DNA of 64,000 bases from Mobula hypostoma (taxonomy: Eukaryota): the NCBI RefSeq assembly GCF_963921235.1, contig NC_086108.1:186001-250000 (forward strand). The letters are read 5' to 3'. Shown piece after piece: positions 63,201 through 64,000 of this stretch. The notes beneath the pieces were generated by a model, which did no database searches, was not told the DNA's origin, and saw only the letters and a list, made by a program, of their open reading frames with translations. The first letter of the stretch is position 1; every line of letters begins with the position of its first letter. Both the position numbers and the translations under genes were made by a program.

Positions 63201-64000
63201 TCCCCTATCCCTCACTCACTCTCCTTCTCCATCCCTCACTCTACTCCTCTCCCTCACTCACTCTCCCACTCTTCCTCCCTCCCTCACTCACCCCCTCTCC
63301 CTCCCTCACTCTCGCTCCCCTCTCCCTCTCTCACTCTTACTCTCCCTCCCTCAGTCTTCCTCCCTACCTCACACTCCCCCTCTCCCTCCCTCCCTCACTC
63401 ACCCCCTCTCACTCCTTCACATTCCCTCTCCCTCACTCGCTCTCCCCCTCCCTCTCCCTCTCTCCCTCTTCCTCCCTCCCTCCCTCTCTCCCTCTTCCTC
63501 CCTCCCTCCCTCTCTCCCTCTTCCTCCCTCCCTCCCTCTCCCTCTCTCCCTCTCTCCCTCTTCCTCCCTCCCTCTCCCTCTTCCTCCCCCCTCCCCCCCT
63601 CCCTCCCTCTCCCTCTTCCTCTCTCCCTCTCCCTCCCTCCCTCTCCCACTCCCTCCCCCTCTCCTCCCTCTCCCTCCCTCTCCCTCCCCACCTCTCTCAC
63701 CCCCCTCTCCACTCACCGCTCCCTTTCCCCCTCCCTCTCCCTCCCACCTAGCCCTCTCCACTCCCTCTCTCTGTCCATCCTTCTCCCTCGCCACCTCTGT
63801 CACCCCCTCTCTCTCACCGCCCTCTCTCTCACCCCCTCTCTCTCACCCCCTCTCTCTCACTGCCCTCTCTCTCACCCCCTCTCTCTCACCCCCCCTCAGC
63901 CCCTCTCTCCCATCCCCCTCTCCCCTTTTCTCTGCCAGCCTCTCCTCCTCTCTACGTGCCTCCTTCTCCCTCGCCACCTCTCTCCCCCTCCCTCCCTCCC
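60215..64000. repeat. >3.7-kb polypyrimidine/polypurine tract with ~1.5-kb higher-order duplication
   Basis: Almost entirely C/T, with CCCT/CTCT/CTCA motifs. Marker strings recur at 61870/63352, 62443/63934 and 61223/62761. Confidence 0.95.

Noticed and set aside
60110..63803. Long Pro/Ser/Leu-rich and Gly/Arg/Glu-rich ORFs (up to 928 aa)
   Set aside because: Stop codons are simply rare in C/T-only or G/A-only sequence; several frames are open at once.

Overview
Eukaryotic, repeat-dense genomic DNA. The repeat set (CR1, Rex1/Babar, Penelope with hammerhead pLTRs, V-SINE, Tigger, Tc1, Hero) suggests a cartilaginous fish; this is an inference. Recognisable host-gene content is limited to two apparently partial gene pieces on the minus strand. 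The first is two coding exons of a SKICH-domain autophagy receptor (CALCOCO2/TAX1BP1 family; 53257-53427 and 50496-50595), lying downstream of a CpG-island-like region (~58.5-59.2 kb). The second is four consecutive internal exons of CEP350 (26089 down to 20350), the last with a frameshift and stop. Their splice phases allow an in-frame SKICH-CEP350 chimera. Other notable structure: a decayed Hero/R2-type RLE retrotransposon (1-~3460); a 4.6-kb minisatellite of ~66 x 69/70 bp derived from a Rex1/Babar LINE 3' end, with an independent 5-copy amplification of the homologous 70 bp at 49.6 kb; a 197-bp tandem array with a minimal hammerhead-ribozyme motif in each unit; a four-level nested transposon; CR1-in-CR1 nests; and a >3.7-kb polypyrimidine tract with ~1.5-kb higher-order repetition. 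No CRISPR array, rRNA or bona fide tRNA gene was seen. Family names come from my recall of motifs, not from database searches.
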